From the NCBI RefSeq assembly GCF_965216265.1, contig NZ_OZ244153.1:2785147-2849146 (forward strand): DNA of 64,000 nt. Direction: 5' to 3'. Within the stretch, counting starts at the first letter, position 1, and every line of letters starts with the position of its first letter. The translations under genes and the position numbers were made by a program. The notes below the pieces were generated by a model. It did not search any database, was not told where the DNA came from, and saw only the letters and a list, made by a program, of their open reading frames with translations. Shown one piece after another: positions 45,572 through 56,175 of this stretch. Source of the DNA: Kordiimonas sp. Its GTDB lineage: Bacteria > Pseudomonadota > Alphaproteobacteria > Sphingomonadales > Kordiimonadaceae.

Positions 45572-45620
45572 ATAAAAAAGGGGCGCCGAAGCGCCCCGAT
45601 AGGTTTCAGATGGGAAACCT
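45572..45620 (-). terminator. Terminator hairpins after the TonB-dependent receptor
   Basis: GGGGCGC-CGAA-GCGCCCC with an A-run, plus AGGTTTC...GAAACCT. Confidence 0.65.
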
Positions 45621-45640
45621 GATTTATAATTGCTCCTGAT

Positions 45641-48274
45641 TTAGAACTGGTAACGGGCCCGAACGTAATAGGCGCCACCGTTCACACCAAATGGTGCATG
45701 CTCGGAATATTTGGAGCCGACCTCACCTGACCATGGGTTGAGGGTTGGGCTGTTGTCGAACACGTTTTCGGCACCAATGGAGATTTCAAAACCTTCCATC
45801 ACGTTGTAGCCGATCTCGGCATCAAGTGTGACATCAGCCTCGCCATCGATTGGCAGGTCACAGCTGTCTGCGTGCGCGCTGAAATACTTGCCGTGATAGT
45901 TGGCACGGGCAAGAAAGCGCCACTTGCTTGCATTGTGTGTCAGCGTGGACGAGAAGCGATACGCAGGCAGCGAATCTTCAAGGCGCTGAATACGACATGC
46001 ATCAAGTGTTGCAGGGTTGAAGTCGATCACTTCCGTTTTGGTGTAGTTACCCGCGAAGGAAAGCGCTGTTGCGCCGTCATCCGTGAAGTTGAGCGGAAGC
46101 GTTGCAACCACGTCGATGCCCTGGCTTCTTGTATCAAAGTCGTTGACGAAGAAGCGGAAGGCCTGCAGGTCAGCCGCGAAAGCAATACCGGAAGCTACAA
46201 GAGCATCCCGATCAGCTTGTGAGAGTGTGATGGTTGCAGACTGGGTGATGCGCTCGGACAGTTTGATGTTGAAATAATCGACTGTCAGTGACGCGTCCCC
46301 AACATCGGCGACAAAACCGAGGGTGAACGAGTCTGCTTTTTCAGGCCCAAGCGGGTCTGCGCCAAACTCTGCCGCAACCGGGTTGGTTGGCGGGATGGTG
46401 CCGCGCTGTGCCAGTTGCAGGCGGCCGTTTACCGTTTCAAACACTGTTGAAACGTTCACAACCTGTTGCTGCCCCGGTGTTGGTGCCCGGAAGCCCGTGC
46501 TGACGGAGCCGCGCAGGCGGAATGCATCACCAAGCTTATAGAGCGATGTAACCTTGAAGTTGGTTGTAGAGCCGAAGTCCGAAAAGTCTTCCCAGCGGAG
46601 CGCAGCGCCCAAAATCCAGTTCTCGGTGATATCGGCCTCAAGGTCGATATAGCCTGCGATGTTGGAACGGTCCCATGTGCCGGCAACTTGTGGGCTGAAG
46701 CCCGAGAAGCCGTTTGAGCCGATGCCGAAGCCCTGGGTAACGCTCACATTGTCGCCGTCTGCGTTTGTGAGGTTGAAGGACTGCGCAAGCACACCAACCT
46801 CGAAGGACTCTGGCTGGCCTGTACGAGCTTCAAACTGCTCTTCACGCCATTCAAAACCAACTGCAACGTTCAGAGGTGAGTAGAAGCCCACTTCTACCGG
46901 ATAGGAGAAGTCTGCGTTGAAATTTTTCTCAAGCTGAACGTAGGAGCCAAGGTCGAAGAGTGTTGGTGTTGCTGAACCAAGGCTAGGGTTCACCGTATTG
47001 TCGATGAAGAAGTCAGCCTGGTTACGACCAGCATGCATGCTGATGTCATATGTCAGGCCGCTGTCCATCTCGCCGCGGAAGCCCACTGCACCAGCGATAT
47101 CATTGAGCCGACCACCAAAGTTAGGTGTGAAGCCGCCGGGAAACATTTCATTGAAGATGAAACAGTTCGGGTCTGCATTGATAGCCGCCAGTTGCGCCGC
47201 TTCACCTGCTGAGCCGATAACCACAGGGTTAACAACCTGGCCTGTTGTGGCTTCACCTTCGTTGAAGTTGATGCCACCTGGGCAGGTGATACCGTCGTCT
47301 GGTGTCATGTCACCAACGATACGGGTAACGCCGCCGTCGTTTGAGTTCACGCCAGAGCGCGTGTCCGGATTACGGTAGTAGAAGCCGCCGATCACTTCAC
47401 GCTCGGCATAGTTACCGAAAGCATAGATCTCGGAGTTGTTTCCGGTCTCGATACCGAAGTTCACGAAGGCTTTCCAGTCGTTGTTCACTTCTGGTGTACC
47501 CCAGACTTGTGCATAAGGTTCACGCACATCCGAGTTGCCTGCATCGATCAGCGCTTGCGCATCCGCGCGTTGTACGCTGCGGCTGGTTGGGTCAGCTTGA
47601 CGCCATTCGGCCGAGAAATTTACAAAGCCGCTGTCTGTTACTGGCAGACCAACGTTGGCTGAAAACTGGAGCTGGTCGCCGTCGCCTTCATAGGTCGAGC
47701 CATATTTGGCTGACACGCTGCCGCCTTCACTGTCGTCGCGCAACACAAAGTTCATCACGCCCGCAATAGCGTCTGAACCATATTGTGCCGCGGCACCGTC
47801 GCGCAACACTTCAACGCGCTTGAGGGCAATAGCAGGGATCACGCCAATGTCTGGCCCCTGTGCGCCATCAGATACGCCGCTGCCGAGGAAGCTGATAACA
47901 GCCGCACGGTGGCGACGCTTGCCGTTCAAAAGTACCAGTGTCTGATCAGGCGCGAGCCCGCGCAAGTTCGCAGGACGAACCAGCGTTGCCGCATCGTTGA
48001 TCGGCTGTGAGTTAACGTTGTAGCTTGGCACAACCGTGCGCAGCAGGTCGCCCATGTCGCCGCTACCTTGGTTGGCGAAGTCATCGCCGCTGATAACGTC
48101 AACAGGTGCCGGTGTATCTGCTGCAGAACGTGCTGCCCGCCGCGAACCGGTAACAACAACCTCTTCGATTGCCATTGAATCCGCGCTGGTATCAGGTGTT
48201 TCCTGAGCAAATGCACCGCTTGATAGGGTTGACGCCACTGCAACGCAGGACGTGCCCAAAAGCAGTCTCTTCAT
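45641..48274 (-). CDS. TonB-dependent outer-membrane receptor (substrate unknown)
   Basis: Start moved to the ATG at 48274 (signal peptide MKRLLLGTSCVAVASTLSSGAFA); TonB box EEVVVTG; plug NLRGLAPDQTLVLLNGKR; terminal YVRARYQF. Confidence 0.92.
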   Translation of the reverse strand: MKRLLLGTSCVAVASTLSSGAFAQETPDTSADSMAIEEVVVTGSRRAARSAADTPAPVDVISGDDFANQGSGDMGDLLRTVVPSYNVNSQPINDAATLVRPANLRGLAPDQTLVLLNGKRRHRAAVISFLGSGVSDGAQGPDIGVIPAIALKRVEVLRDGAAAQYGSDAIAGVMNFVLRDDSEGGSVSAKYGSTYEGDGDQLQFSANVGLPVTDSGFVNFSAEWRQADPTSRSVQRADAQALIDAGNSDVREPYAQVWGTPEVNNDWKAFVNFGIETGNNSEIYAFGNYAEREVIGGFYYRNPDTRSGVNSNDGGVTRIVGDMTPDDGITCPGGINFNEGEATTGQVVNPVVIGSAGEAAQLAAINADPNCFIFNEMFPGGFTPNFGGRLNDIAGAVGFRGEMDSGLTYDISMHAGRNQADFFIDNTVNPSLGSATPTLFDLGSYVQLEKNFNADFSYPVEVGFYSPLNVAVGFEWREEQFEARTGQPESFEVGVLAQSFNLTNADGDNVSVTQGFGIGSNGFSGFSPQVAGTWDRSNIAGYIDLEADITENWILGAALRWEDFSDFGSTTNFKVTSLYKLGDAFRLRGSVSTGFRAPTPGQQQVVNVSTVFETVNGRLQLAQRGTIPPTNPVAAEFGADPLGPEKADSFTLGFVADVGDASLTVDYFNIKLSERITQSATITLSQADRDALVASGIAFAADLQAFRFFVNDFDTRSQGIDVVATLPLNFTDDGATALSFAGNYTKTEVIDFNPATLDACRIQRLEDSLPAYRFSSTLTHNASKWRFLARANYHGKYFSAHADSCDLPIDGEADVTLDAEIGYNVMEGFEISIGAENVFDNSPTLNPWSGEVGSKYSEHAPFGVNGGAYYVRARYQF

Positions 48275-48686
48275 AATATCCACAGAACCCCTCCGTGTAT
48301 GTTTGGTGTGGTTTAGTTTGTTTTCCGCAGACCCCCCGGTCAGCGGTGAACGCACTCGATACCAACAAAGACGAATGGCCTTCAGCGATTTGGAATAAAA
48401 AGTTGGGAAAAAGGCGTTTTTCTTACAGGCCAGAAATAAATTGTAGTGAAGTGAGGTTTTTGAAACACATGCCAATTTTTTACTATTCTTAAGAAATTTT
48501 ATTTCTTTAATGGTCAAGAAGCAGCGCTTTCAGCGAATCTACATCTTTATATAGTTGCTGGTTTAGCCCAAATTTTAGGGTTTAAGGCAATTCAAAAATG
48601 AATAGCCTTCAGAAAAATGCTATGCCTAAAGTTTATTTTGAATTGGTGGGGAAATGATCATCGCAGGCGGCTAGAGAGTGGCCAAA

Positions 48687-49619
48687 TTATTCGGCAGCAC
48701 GGGGTAATTCGTCGTCCTGGTGAAGACCAAGATGCTTGCCGTAGGCATCAATGAGGTGGTTGACGAACCAGCTCAGCTTTTTCTCCACCTCAGGGAAAGA
48801 CTGCAGGGGCTGCAGGGTGGTTTCATTCATATAAAGGCCGCGGCTGAGCTCGATCTGCAAAGCATGGTAGCCGCTATTGGGGTTGCCATAATTCTGGGTG
48901 GAGAAACCTCCGGAATAAGGCACGTTGCGGCGCACACTGAAGCCCGCCCGAATAAGAAGCTCTTCCGCCAGCGACGTCAGCGCCCGGTCACAGGATGCAC
49001 CCCAGTTGTCACCCAGCACGATGTCGGGCCCGGTGCTGCGTCCGCGCCGCCTGCCCGCCGGGTTTTCTGACGGCATGGAGTGGCAATCGATCAACACCGC
49101 GCGGCCAAACTGCCGACGGCGGGTTTCCAATAAGTCGGCCAGTTTTTCGTGATATGGCCGGTACACATTATTGATGCGGAACAAGGCCTCGCGCGCGGGC
49201 AGGGTGCCGTCATAGATCGGCATGCCTTCCGCGATCAGCTTCGGGATAATGCCAAGCCCCGCTTTCACCCTGTGGGTGATATCAAGCTCATCTTCTTCAA
49301 GTGGCGGATGGAACATATCCGGGTCCAACTCGTTCTCCGCCCGGTTGAGGTCCAGATACGCGCGGGCATGGGTCGCGATGAGGAGGTTGGCCCCAAACTC
49401 GGGTGCGGCGGCAAAAAGCCGGTCCACATATGCGTCCTCAGACATGCGAAGATTGTGCGTCTCAAGGTTAGTGGCTCTGGTTATGCCAATCGGGTAATGT
49501 CGGCCACTATGGGGTGCAGCAAAAACAAAAGCGTTGGGTGTGGTGGCGGATTTCAGCACAAAGGGTGGCGGGATATCACCATCGCCACTTTTATTTTGTC
49601 CGTCCTCAATCATTGCCAT
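48687..49619 (-). CDS. N-formylglutamate amidohydrolase family protein
   Basis: AAPHSGRHYP; SEDAYVD.LF; ARAYLDLNR; VYRPYHEKL; LIDCHSMPS; RNVPYSGG; HALQIELSRGLYM. Confidence 0.9.
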   Translation of the reverse strand: MAMIEDGQNKSGDGDIPPPFVLKSATTPNAFVFAAPHSGRHYPIGITRATNLETHNLRMSEDAYVDRLFAAAPEFGANLLIATHARAYLDLNRAENELDPDMFHPPLEEDELDITHRVKAGLGIIPKLIAEGMPIYDGTLPAREALFRINNVYRPYHEKLADLLETRRRQFGRAVLIDCHSMPSENPAGRRRGRSTGPDIVLGDNWGASCDRALTSLAEELLIRAGFSVRRNVPYSGGFSTQNYGNPNSGYHALQIELSRGLYMNETTLQPLQSFPEVEKKLSWFVNHLIDAYGKHLGLHQDDELPRAAE

Positions 49620-49799
49620 TCTTTTGTCCAACTGGTGAAGCAATAGGCCAACGCTAACGTGAAATGGGGGCCAAGTCACCGAGAAGTTTTGGCAAGTTTT
49701 GACGAGCCCATTGATCTCACATTGTGTTGACAAACGAGACTGGTTCTAAAAGATGGCGGTTGGCGTGATGCACGTTGTGAAACGCCGTTCCTGGGGGAA

Positions 49800-52061
49800 T
49801 TGACTGTGGGCTCTATCTGCAAACGCTGGGTTCAACCATTTTGGGTAATGCTCGTTGGCGCACTTTTTCTAACCCCGGGTGGCGGTGCTGCGCAGGTCTC
49901 TGGCGCAGAAGAAGAGCGGCTTGAACGGCCCAAAATCGGGCTCGTGCTCGCGGGTGGCGGCGCGCGCGGGGGGGCGCATATTGGTGTGCTGAAAGCGCTT
50001 GAGGAACATCAGGTGCCTGTTGACTATATTACAGGCACAAGTTTTGGCGCGATTGTAGGCTCCTTCTATGCGGCGGGCTATACGGCAGACGAACTTGAGG
50101 TTGCGCTTGCGCTGATGGACTGGGAAAACCTCCTCAGCGATAACGCCCCGCGCTCCGGCCGCAGTTACCAGCGTAAGCTGGATGATGACGAAACCGCGCT
50201 CGATTTTGAATTTAGCGTGGGGGAGAAGGGCCTCGCGCTGCCGCAAGGGCTGGTGCGCGGCAACCAACTCAGGCTGATGCTGCGACGGTATCTCTCCCGC
50301 GTGGCGCATATCCAGAATTTTGATGAGTTGCCCATCCCTTTTCGCGCTGTGGCAACCGACCTTGAAACCGGTGGTGAGGTTGTGATGGGCTCAGGCGACA
50401 TTGCAAGTGCTGTGCTGGCCAGCATGGCGGTGCCGGGTCTTTTCCCGCCGGTTGACCGTGAAGGGCACATGCTGGTGGATGGCGGGCTGGTGAACAATAT
50501 GCCGGTCACGGTCGCGAAGGATATGGGCGCAGATATCGTCATTCTCGTTGATATCGGGACGCCGCTCGCCGAGAGGGATGAGATAACCTCCTTCCCCAAG
50601 GTGTTTGGGCAGTTGTTGTCGCTGCTCACGCTCAAGAACAGACAAGCCCAGCTTGATGAGCTGACAGAGAGTGACATTCTCCTCAAGCCCGACCTCAAGG
50701 ACATGAGGCTGACGGACTTTCACCTCGCGACATCCGCCATCCCGGAAGGCTATGCTTCCGCCCAGGAAGTCAGCGAAGCCCTGAACGCCCTTGCGCTGCC
50801 TGACGCTGAGTGGCAGTCTCACAAGACAAGCCGCGTGGTGGAATTTGAACCACCAACCATCGATTTCATCACAGTCGACAATTCAAGCAGCCTGCCGGAT
50901 AAATATATCCGTTCCCTCATTCGTCATGACAAAGACGAGCCGCTGAATGAAGCGCAACTTTCGGATGACCTGACCCGCATTTACGGCACCGGTTATTTTG
51001 ACCGGGTGGAATATCGCATACTCGAACGCGGGGCAGAAACCGGTATCCATATTGAGGCGAAAGAGCGGTCTGTTGGCAAAAAATTCGTGCGGTTCGGGCT
51101 TTCACTGAGCGACGATTTTTCCGGCAATAACCACTATAACATCGCCGCCAGCTATACGGTCTTGGGGCTCAATTCCCTGGGTGCGGAATGGCGGGTTCGG
51201 GCACAGGTGGGTGATATCCTTGCGGCAAACACAGAGTTCTACCAGCCGCTGAACGCCACGCAGGATTATTTTGCCATCACCTCCTTCACGGCAGCAAGCG
51301 TGGTGCGGGGTATCACCAACGACCGGGGCGTGACGGTGGCAGACGCGCGGGTAACAGACGGTGATCTGAAGCTCGGTGTTGGCCGCAACCTGTCCAACAT
51401 TGGCCGCATCACCGTGGGGCTTCAGCGCGGCATTGCACGCGCCAAGGTCTATACGCCTGATTTTGAATTTCCGGCCTTCTCCATCCATTCCGCCAGCATT
51501 TATGCCAAGCTTGAGACAGATACTTTCGATAACGCAGATTTCCCCCACAGGGGCAGCGGCCTGACCATCGAATATTCAGATGGCCGCACCTTCCTTGGCG
51601 GTGAATCTACCGTCAACAAGCTTGAAGCGGCCTACAGCCACACCATGACATGGGGCCGCAATACGCTCACCGGGTTTGTAAGCTCGGGCATGGCCTATGG
51701 TGGCGACGAGACAGAAACGGATAACTTCTCCCTTGGCGGGTTCCTCAACCTTTCCGGCCTTCGGCCAGACCAGATCAGCGGTAAATATTACGGCGTGGCC
51801 GGGCTTGCTTATTATCGCCGCCTGAACCACGGCGGGGTTGCCTCGCTTTTTGGTGTGCCGATATATGCGGGCCTCTCCCTTGAGGCAGGCAATACATGGA
51901 ACCGGTCGTCGGATATCGAATTCAGCAAACTGCGCTATGGCGGCAGTGTGTTTCTGGGCGCGGATACGCCCATCGGGCCGCTTTATCTGGGTTCAGGCTA
52001 TACCACAGGGCAGGCTGATGCCCAGGTCTCCGCCTTCATGTATCTCGGGCGGCCGTTCTAG
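49800..52061 (+). CDS. Patatin-POTRA-Omp85 barrel fusion (PlpD-like, type Vd autotransporter)
   Basis: GGGARGGAHIG; GTSFG; ASMAVPG; LVDGG; central POTRA-like segment; C-terminal barrel ADTPIGPLYLG...MYLGRPF. Confidence 0.88.
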   Translation: MTVGSICKRWVQPFWVMLVGALFLTPGGGAAQVSGAEEERLERPKIGLVLAGGGARGGAHIGVLKALEEHQVPVDYITGTSFGAIVGSFYAAGYTADELEVALALMDWENLLSDNAPRSGRSYQRKLDDDETALDFEFSVGEKGLALPQGLVRGNQLRLMLRRYLSRVAHIQNFDELPIPFRAVATDLETGGEVVMGSGDIASAVLASMAVPGLFPPVDREGHMLVDGGLVNNMPVTVAKDMGADIVILVDIGTPLAERDEITSFPKVFGQLLSLLTLKNRQAQLDELTESDILLKPDLKDMRLTDFHLATSAIPEGYASAQEVSEALNALALPDAEWQSHKTSRVVEFEPPTIDFITVDNSSSLPDKYIRSLIRHDKDEPLNEAQLSDDLTRIYGTGYFDRVEYRILERGAETGIHIEAKERSVGKKFVRFGLSLSDDFSGNNHYNIAASYTVLGLNSLGAEWRVRAQVGDILAANTEFYQPLNATQDYFAITSFTAASVVRGITNDRGVTVADARVTDGDLKLGVGRNLSNIGRITVGLQRGIARAKVYTPDFEFPAFSIHSASIYAKLETDTFDNADFPHRGSGLTIEYSDGRTFLGGESTVNKLEAAYSHTMTWGRNTLTGFVSSGMAYGGDETETDNFSLGGFLNLSGLRPDQISGKYYGVAGLAYYRRLNHGGVASLFGVPIYAGLSLEAGNTWNRSSDIEFSKLRYGGSVFLGADTPIGPLYLGSGYTTGQADAQVSAFMYLGRPF

Positions 52062-52170
52062 GGGGCGGGGCCAGCCTTAAAACTGTAAAAATGATCTTGC
52101 GTGGCTTTTATGTGCGGTGTAAACACGCACCCGTCCTGCATGGTTATGCACGGCTCTTATGAAATGGTAC

Positions 52171-52246
52171 GGTCGGTTAGCTCAGTTGGTAGAGCGCATC
52201 GTTGACATCGATGAGGTCGTTGGTTCGAACCCAATACCGACCACCA
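52171..52246 (+). tRNA. tRNA-Val (anticodon GAC)
   Basis: Acceptor stem GGTCGGT/ACCGACC; anticodon stem CATCG/CGATG with loop TT-GAC-AT; GGTTCGAA T-loop; encoded CCA. Confidence 0.97.
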
Positions 52247-52354
52247 TTTATTTCCCCTGATAAGATTGAGTGAGTTAAGGCGGCGTCACAGGCGTAGGCA
52301 CGTTGTACGGGCTGTATATTTCCTGCGTGCAGCCGAGCGCTAGCCGGGCAAACC

Positions 52355-52426
52355 TTAAAGGTTTATTACCCAACGGGTTTCCGAACGTGTTGCGAATACC
52401 AGTGGCTGAATTTAGTGAACTGTTAA
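52355..52426 (+). promoter_or_regulatory. Two CtrA-like boxes upstream of the chemoreceptor operon
   Basis: TTAA-N7-TTAC (52355-69) and TTAG-N7-TTAA (52412-26). Confidence 0.55.
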
Positions 52427-52526
52427 GGCGTGCTGGCGTATAAGAAAAGGGGGTCGAGCGTTGTTGTGCGGATGAATGAGATCGAAAGAGATCAGCGTCT
52501 GTTCAGCGGGAAGGTCGACCCAGTTC

Positions 52527-52871
52527 ATGCGAGCGTTGATTCCGTCTCTGATTCTGACGGCAGGTATATTTTTGACATTGATGGTGCAGAGCTTTTTACC
52601 CAAAGAAGGCCGGCCGGTTTGGGTGTTGTTCAATCCGGCAATGGGAGAACAGCAGCAAATGCAGGCTATCGTTCTGGCAGACGCGCTTCTTATTGACGCG
52701 GGAGCTGTGCCTGGCTCCTTCCTTTTGAAGGGGGCGGAAAGCGGCGGTATCGGGCGCCTGATGGCGCAAGGTGCGCTGCTTGTTCTCAACCCTGTTGCTG
52801 CCGCTGGGTGCGGCGGCGATGTGGCGGCTGCAAAGCGGCTGGCCCTGAAAATTCAGTCTATTACGGAGTAG
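52527..52871 (+). CDS. Hypothetical small exported/membrane-anchored protein preceding the MCP
   Basis: N-terminal hydrophobic segment [20 protein letters not shown]; ends [19 protein letters not shown]; 7 nt from the MCP start. Confidence 0.65.
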   Translation: MRALIPSLILTAGIFLTLMVQSFLPKEGRPVWVLFNPAMGEQQQMQAIVLADALLIDAGAVPGSFLLKGAESGGIGRLMAQGALLVLNPVAAAGCGGDVAAAKRLALKIQSITE

Positions 52872-52878
52872 AAGGTCC

Positions 52879-54441
52879 ATGTACTCATTGAATGAATTAC
52901 GCGATACAACCGTGAAAATGCTGGCCACGGGTCAGCTGTTGCATGCGCCGATTATGCTGCTCCTTGGGTTTGCCATTGGTGCTGAAGGCACTGTCCTGAC
53001 CACCATTCTTTCACTTGTGGTCGCGCTTGCGGGTTTTGGCCTGTATCGTACCTCCGGCGCGACAGAGATAACACGCTACACGCTGGCTTCAGGTTTTGTG
53101 CTGCAGGCGGCGTTGTTGGTGTTTCTCTTCCGGGGGCACCCTTGGCAAATCGATGCGCACATGTATTTTTTCGCGGCCCTTGCCATGATCGCTGCGCTGT
53201 TTGACTGGCGCGCCATTCTCGTGGCGGCTAGCGTCACGGCGGTTCACCACCTGCTTTTCAATATCATTGTGCCCGCGTGGGTGTTTCCTGACGGCGCAAG
53301 CTTTCTGCGTGTGGTAATGCATGCGGTGATCGTGGTTTTTGAAACCGCGGTGTTGATGTGGCTATCTGTATTGCTGGCTCGTGCGCTTGAGGGTGCCGCC
53401 AGGGCGCATACTGATGCGGTTGCACAAGCTGAGAAGGCAGAACAGTCGATGCGAGCAGCGGAAAGCTCAAAAGCGGAATCTGATGCCGCGCTTGAAGAGG
53501 TGCGCGCTGCCCGTGAAGAGAATGAACATCTTCAGGCGTCGCGCCGCGAAGAGCGGGATCGGCTGGCTGAGGAAGCCGCCCGGAAGCTTAATGACCTTGC
53601 GGAAGAATTTGAGCTGTCTATCGGCACTATCGCGTCTGAGATCCAGCAGGCGAATGCGTCCCTTGAAGAAGGCGGGCAAGGCCTGCAGGCCTCAACCGCA
53701 CGGGCACGCGACATGGTGGGTATGGCCACAGGCGCGACAGATACGGTGAGCCATAGCGCAAGCTCGGTGGCATCAAGCGCGGAACAAATGGCCGCATCGG
53801 TGAGCGAAATTACCCGGCAGGTTTCACAGAGCCGCGATATCGCGGAGAAGGCGCTGGCCCACGTGCAGGATAGCTCGGAAACCATTGCCCGCCTTGCCGA
53901 CTATGCAGACAAGGTAACGAGCGTGATCGACATGATCAGCGATATCGCGAACCAGACCAACCTGCTGGCGCTGAACGCCACGATCGAGGCCGCCCGCGCA
54001 GGCGAAGCAGGCAAAGGTTTTGCTGTTGTGGCAAGCGAAGTGAAAAGCCTCGCGAACCAGTCCGGCACTGCTACCCAGCAGATATCAGACCAGCTTTCGG
54101 CCATGCAGTCTATCAGCCATGAAGCGGTAGAGATGGTGGAGCAGGTGGCGCGGAATATTCGTCAGATATCCGAGAACGCTGTTGGTATCTCAGCGGCGAT
54201 CGAAGAACAGGACGCGGCCACACGTGAGATCGCACGCGCGGCCCAAACCGCCAGCGGTGAAACTGAAAATGCAGCCAGCCAGGTGGGGCAGATCAAATCT
54301 GTGGTGGATGAAGTGGAGCAGTCTGTTGTTGGAACCTTCCAGACTTCCGCGCTCCTTGGTGCCCGCACAGACGATCTGGCCGCACGGTGTCATGATTTTG
54401 CCAATGCGATCCGCAAGCAACAGATAACGCAGAGCAGCTAA
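52879..54441 (+). CDS. Methyl-accepting chemotaxis protein with a ~6-TM His-containing N-terminal sensor
   Basis: Hydrophobic N-terminal 165 aa with [12 protein letters not shown] and VMHA; signalling domain [34 protein letters not shown]. Confidence 0.9.
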   Translation: MYSLNELRDTTVKMLATGQLLHAPIMLLLGFAIGAEGTVLTTILSLVVALAGFGLYRTSGATEITRYTLASGFVLQAALLVFLFRGHPWQIDAHMYFFAALAMIAALFDWRAILVAASVTAVHHLLFNIIVPAWVFPDGASFLRVVMHAVIVVFETAVLMWLSVLLARALEGAARAHTDAVAQAEKAEQSMRAAESSKAESDAALEEVRAAREENEHLQASRREERDRLAEEAARKLNDLAEEFELSIGTIASEIQQANASLEEGGQGLQASTARARDMVGMATGATDTVSHSASSVASSAEQMAASVSEITRQVSQSRDIAEKALAHVQDSSETIARLADYADKVTSVIDMISDIANQTNLLALNATIEAARAGEAGKGFAVVASEVKSLANQSGTATQQISDQLSAMQSISHEAVEMVEQVARNIRQISENAVGISAAIEEQDAATREIARAAQTASGETENAASQVGQIKSVVDEVEQSVVGTFQTSALLGARTDDLAARCHDFANAIRKQQITQSS

Positions 54442-54446
54442 AATCC

Positions 54447-55142
54447 TTAAGCCTCAACCGCGTGGTGTAGTGCCGCGCGGGCAAGCAGGCGGGTGGAGTC
54501 AAGGGTGGGCAGGCTGGCGTTCTCATCACTGATGATAAGCGGGATTTCAGTGCAGCCCAGCACCACGGCGTCACAGCCTTCCTCAATCCGCAGCCGGTCA
54601 ATCAGCTTCTGGAAATAGGCCACGCTCTCACGCCGGAAGGTGCCGTAAACCAGCTCATCCATAATGATGCGGCCAATTTCCGCCCGCTCCGCCTCATGCG
54701 GGCGTGTAAACTCAAGCCCCTGTGCGCCTAGTTTTGACGGGTACACGTCACTTTCCGTCAGCCATTTGGTGCCGGTCAGGCCAATGCGCTTATAGCCGCG
54801 CGCCTTGGCCTCCTGTGCCACCACTTCGGCAATATGCAGCCACGGCAGCGGTGAACGCTCTTTCACATAATCAAACGCCTGATGGATGGTGTTATCCGGG
54901 CAAATGAGGAAATCTGCGCCCGTGCTTTTAAGCTTATGGACGCTTGTGAGCATCAACTCACCCACACCGTCCCAATCGTTCCGGTAAATACAAGCCGTAT
55001 AATCCGCAAGCGAGGGTGTGTGCATGGAAACTTCAGGGTGCGCATGCGGGCCCATGATATCAGCGCTTTCGGTGCAGATGGTTTTATAACAAAGCGCCGC
55101 GCCTTCAGCGGAGCAACCGACGATACCGATATGTTTGGGCAT
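54447..55142 (-). CDS. Aspartate/glutamate racemase family protein
   Basis: GADFLICPDNTIH; LPWLHIAE; AVVLGCTEIPL: both catalytic Cys present. Confidence 0.9.
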   Translation of the reverse strand: MPKHIGIVGCSAEGAALCYKTICTESADIMGPHAHPEVSMHTPSLADYTACIYRNDWDGVGELMLTSVHKLKSTGADFLICPDNTIHQAFDYVKERSPLPWLHIAEVVAQEAKARGYKRIGLTGTKWLTESDVYPSKLGAQGLEFTRPHEAERAEIGRIIMDELVYGTFRRESVAYFQKLIDRLRIEEGCDAVVLGCTEIPLIISDENASLPTLDSTRLLARAALHHAVEA

Positions 55143-55226
55143 GAATTTTCCAGCGTTTGGTGAGCTTTAAGCTGAAAACATAGGAACGGCAGTTGCTATC
55201 TGCAAGGTATCAAAAGCTTGAGGTTA

Positions 55227-55754
55227 TTACACGCCTGCGAGCAGCAGGCCCGCCATCACAATCATGGCAACGTCTTCTGTGAGGGTGACAGTTGACAGCG
55301 GTACGCTCAAAATATTGCCCATGCAGGGGCAGTCAATATCAAGCCCCTCTCGCAGCGCTTGCCACACGCCAAGGGCGCCAAACGAGAAGACCACAATGGT
55401 GAGAATATAGATAAGGGTTGGTATGAAATAGGCGAGGTAAGCAAGGCCAAGGCCCAGCTCTATAAAGGGATAGATATAGCCATAGGCGGGGGCACGCCGG
55501 GCCAGTAGGTCATACATGGCAAAGCCATCTTTGAAACCGTTCATGTCAAACAGCTTGAGCAGGGAAAAGATAACCAGAAACACACCCATATAGGCATGCA
55601 TGAAAGCTTTCATGCCGGTGGCTGAAAAGCCTGTCGTGACAGCTAGTGCTGCTAGCGCTGTTACAACAACGAGGCAAATAAGTGGCCAAAAGTCAGCCAG
55701 GTGCGTGCCTCTGCCTTCTTCGCGTTTATGAATGCTATCTGTTGCCATGGCCAA
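55227..55754 (-). CDS. MauE/DoxX family membrane redox protein
   Basis: KLFD..GF..GFAMYDLLA; YPFIELGLG; IDCPCMG (CxC); TLTED. Confidence 0.85.
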   Translation of the reverse strand: MAMATDSIHKREEGRGTHLADFWPLICLVVVTALAALAVTTGFSATGMKAFMHAYMGVFLVIFSLLKLFDMNGFKDGFAMYDLLARRAPAYGYIYPFIELGLGLAYLAYFIPTLIYILTIVVFSFGALGVWQALREGLDIDCPCMGNILSVPLSTVTLTEDVAMIVMAGLLLAGV

Positions 55755-55901
55755 CTTCTCCTGGATCTTGTGGGTTATGAGCCCCGAATGCTGCGCCCCC
55801 GGAAATCCGTCCAGTCCAGCGTCAGCACACTGAGGCAGCCGATAATCATCCAGCGCTGTTTGCTACTGGTGAACAGCAGAAGGTCTCCTGATGGAGTTGC
55901 G

Positions 55902-56126
55902 TTATTTTTTCTGCCAGTTGCCATTGTTCTTCTCGTATTTTTCTTTCACCGCCGCCCATGCAACCTTATGGCTGACCTCCTCGCGGGAAGCATCACCGTC
56001 CCTGTCTTCGGGGTCCTTGTAGGTTTCCCAGGCGCTGTTGTAGGCAGCCATGTAAATCTCCTGTGCTTGGGTCGGCAGGTTGTCTTTCACCTGATCGGGC
56101 AGGTCGCTGCGTGAATTATATGGCAT
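55902..56126 (-). CDS. chaB: ChaB family protein
   Basis: MPY....DLP..VKDNLP..AQEIYMAAYNSAW..Y.......SHKVAWAAVK..YEK. Confidence 0.92.
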   Translation of the reverse strand: MPYNSRSDLPDQVKDNLPTQAQEIYMAAYNSAWETYKDPEDRDGDASREEVSHKVAWAAVKEKYEKNNGNWQKK

Positions 56127-56175
56127 TGACTGCGCCTCCTTTTCATCAAGTTCATCAAGCGGTTTCGTTTGCATT

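Noticed and set aside
48275-48517. 81-aa N-terminal extension of the TonB receptor ORF
   Set aside because: AT-rich promoter DNA; the signal peptide and GGAGG RBS point to the ATG at 48274.
48275-48686. Riboswitch (cobalamin/TPP) in the long leader of the TonB receptor
   Set aside because: No B12-box or TPP consensus motifs on the minus strand.
52171-52300. tRNA-Val as an integration site for an island
   Set aside because: No duplicated tRNA 3' end and no integrase seen downstream within the window.
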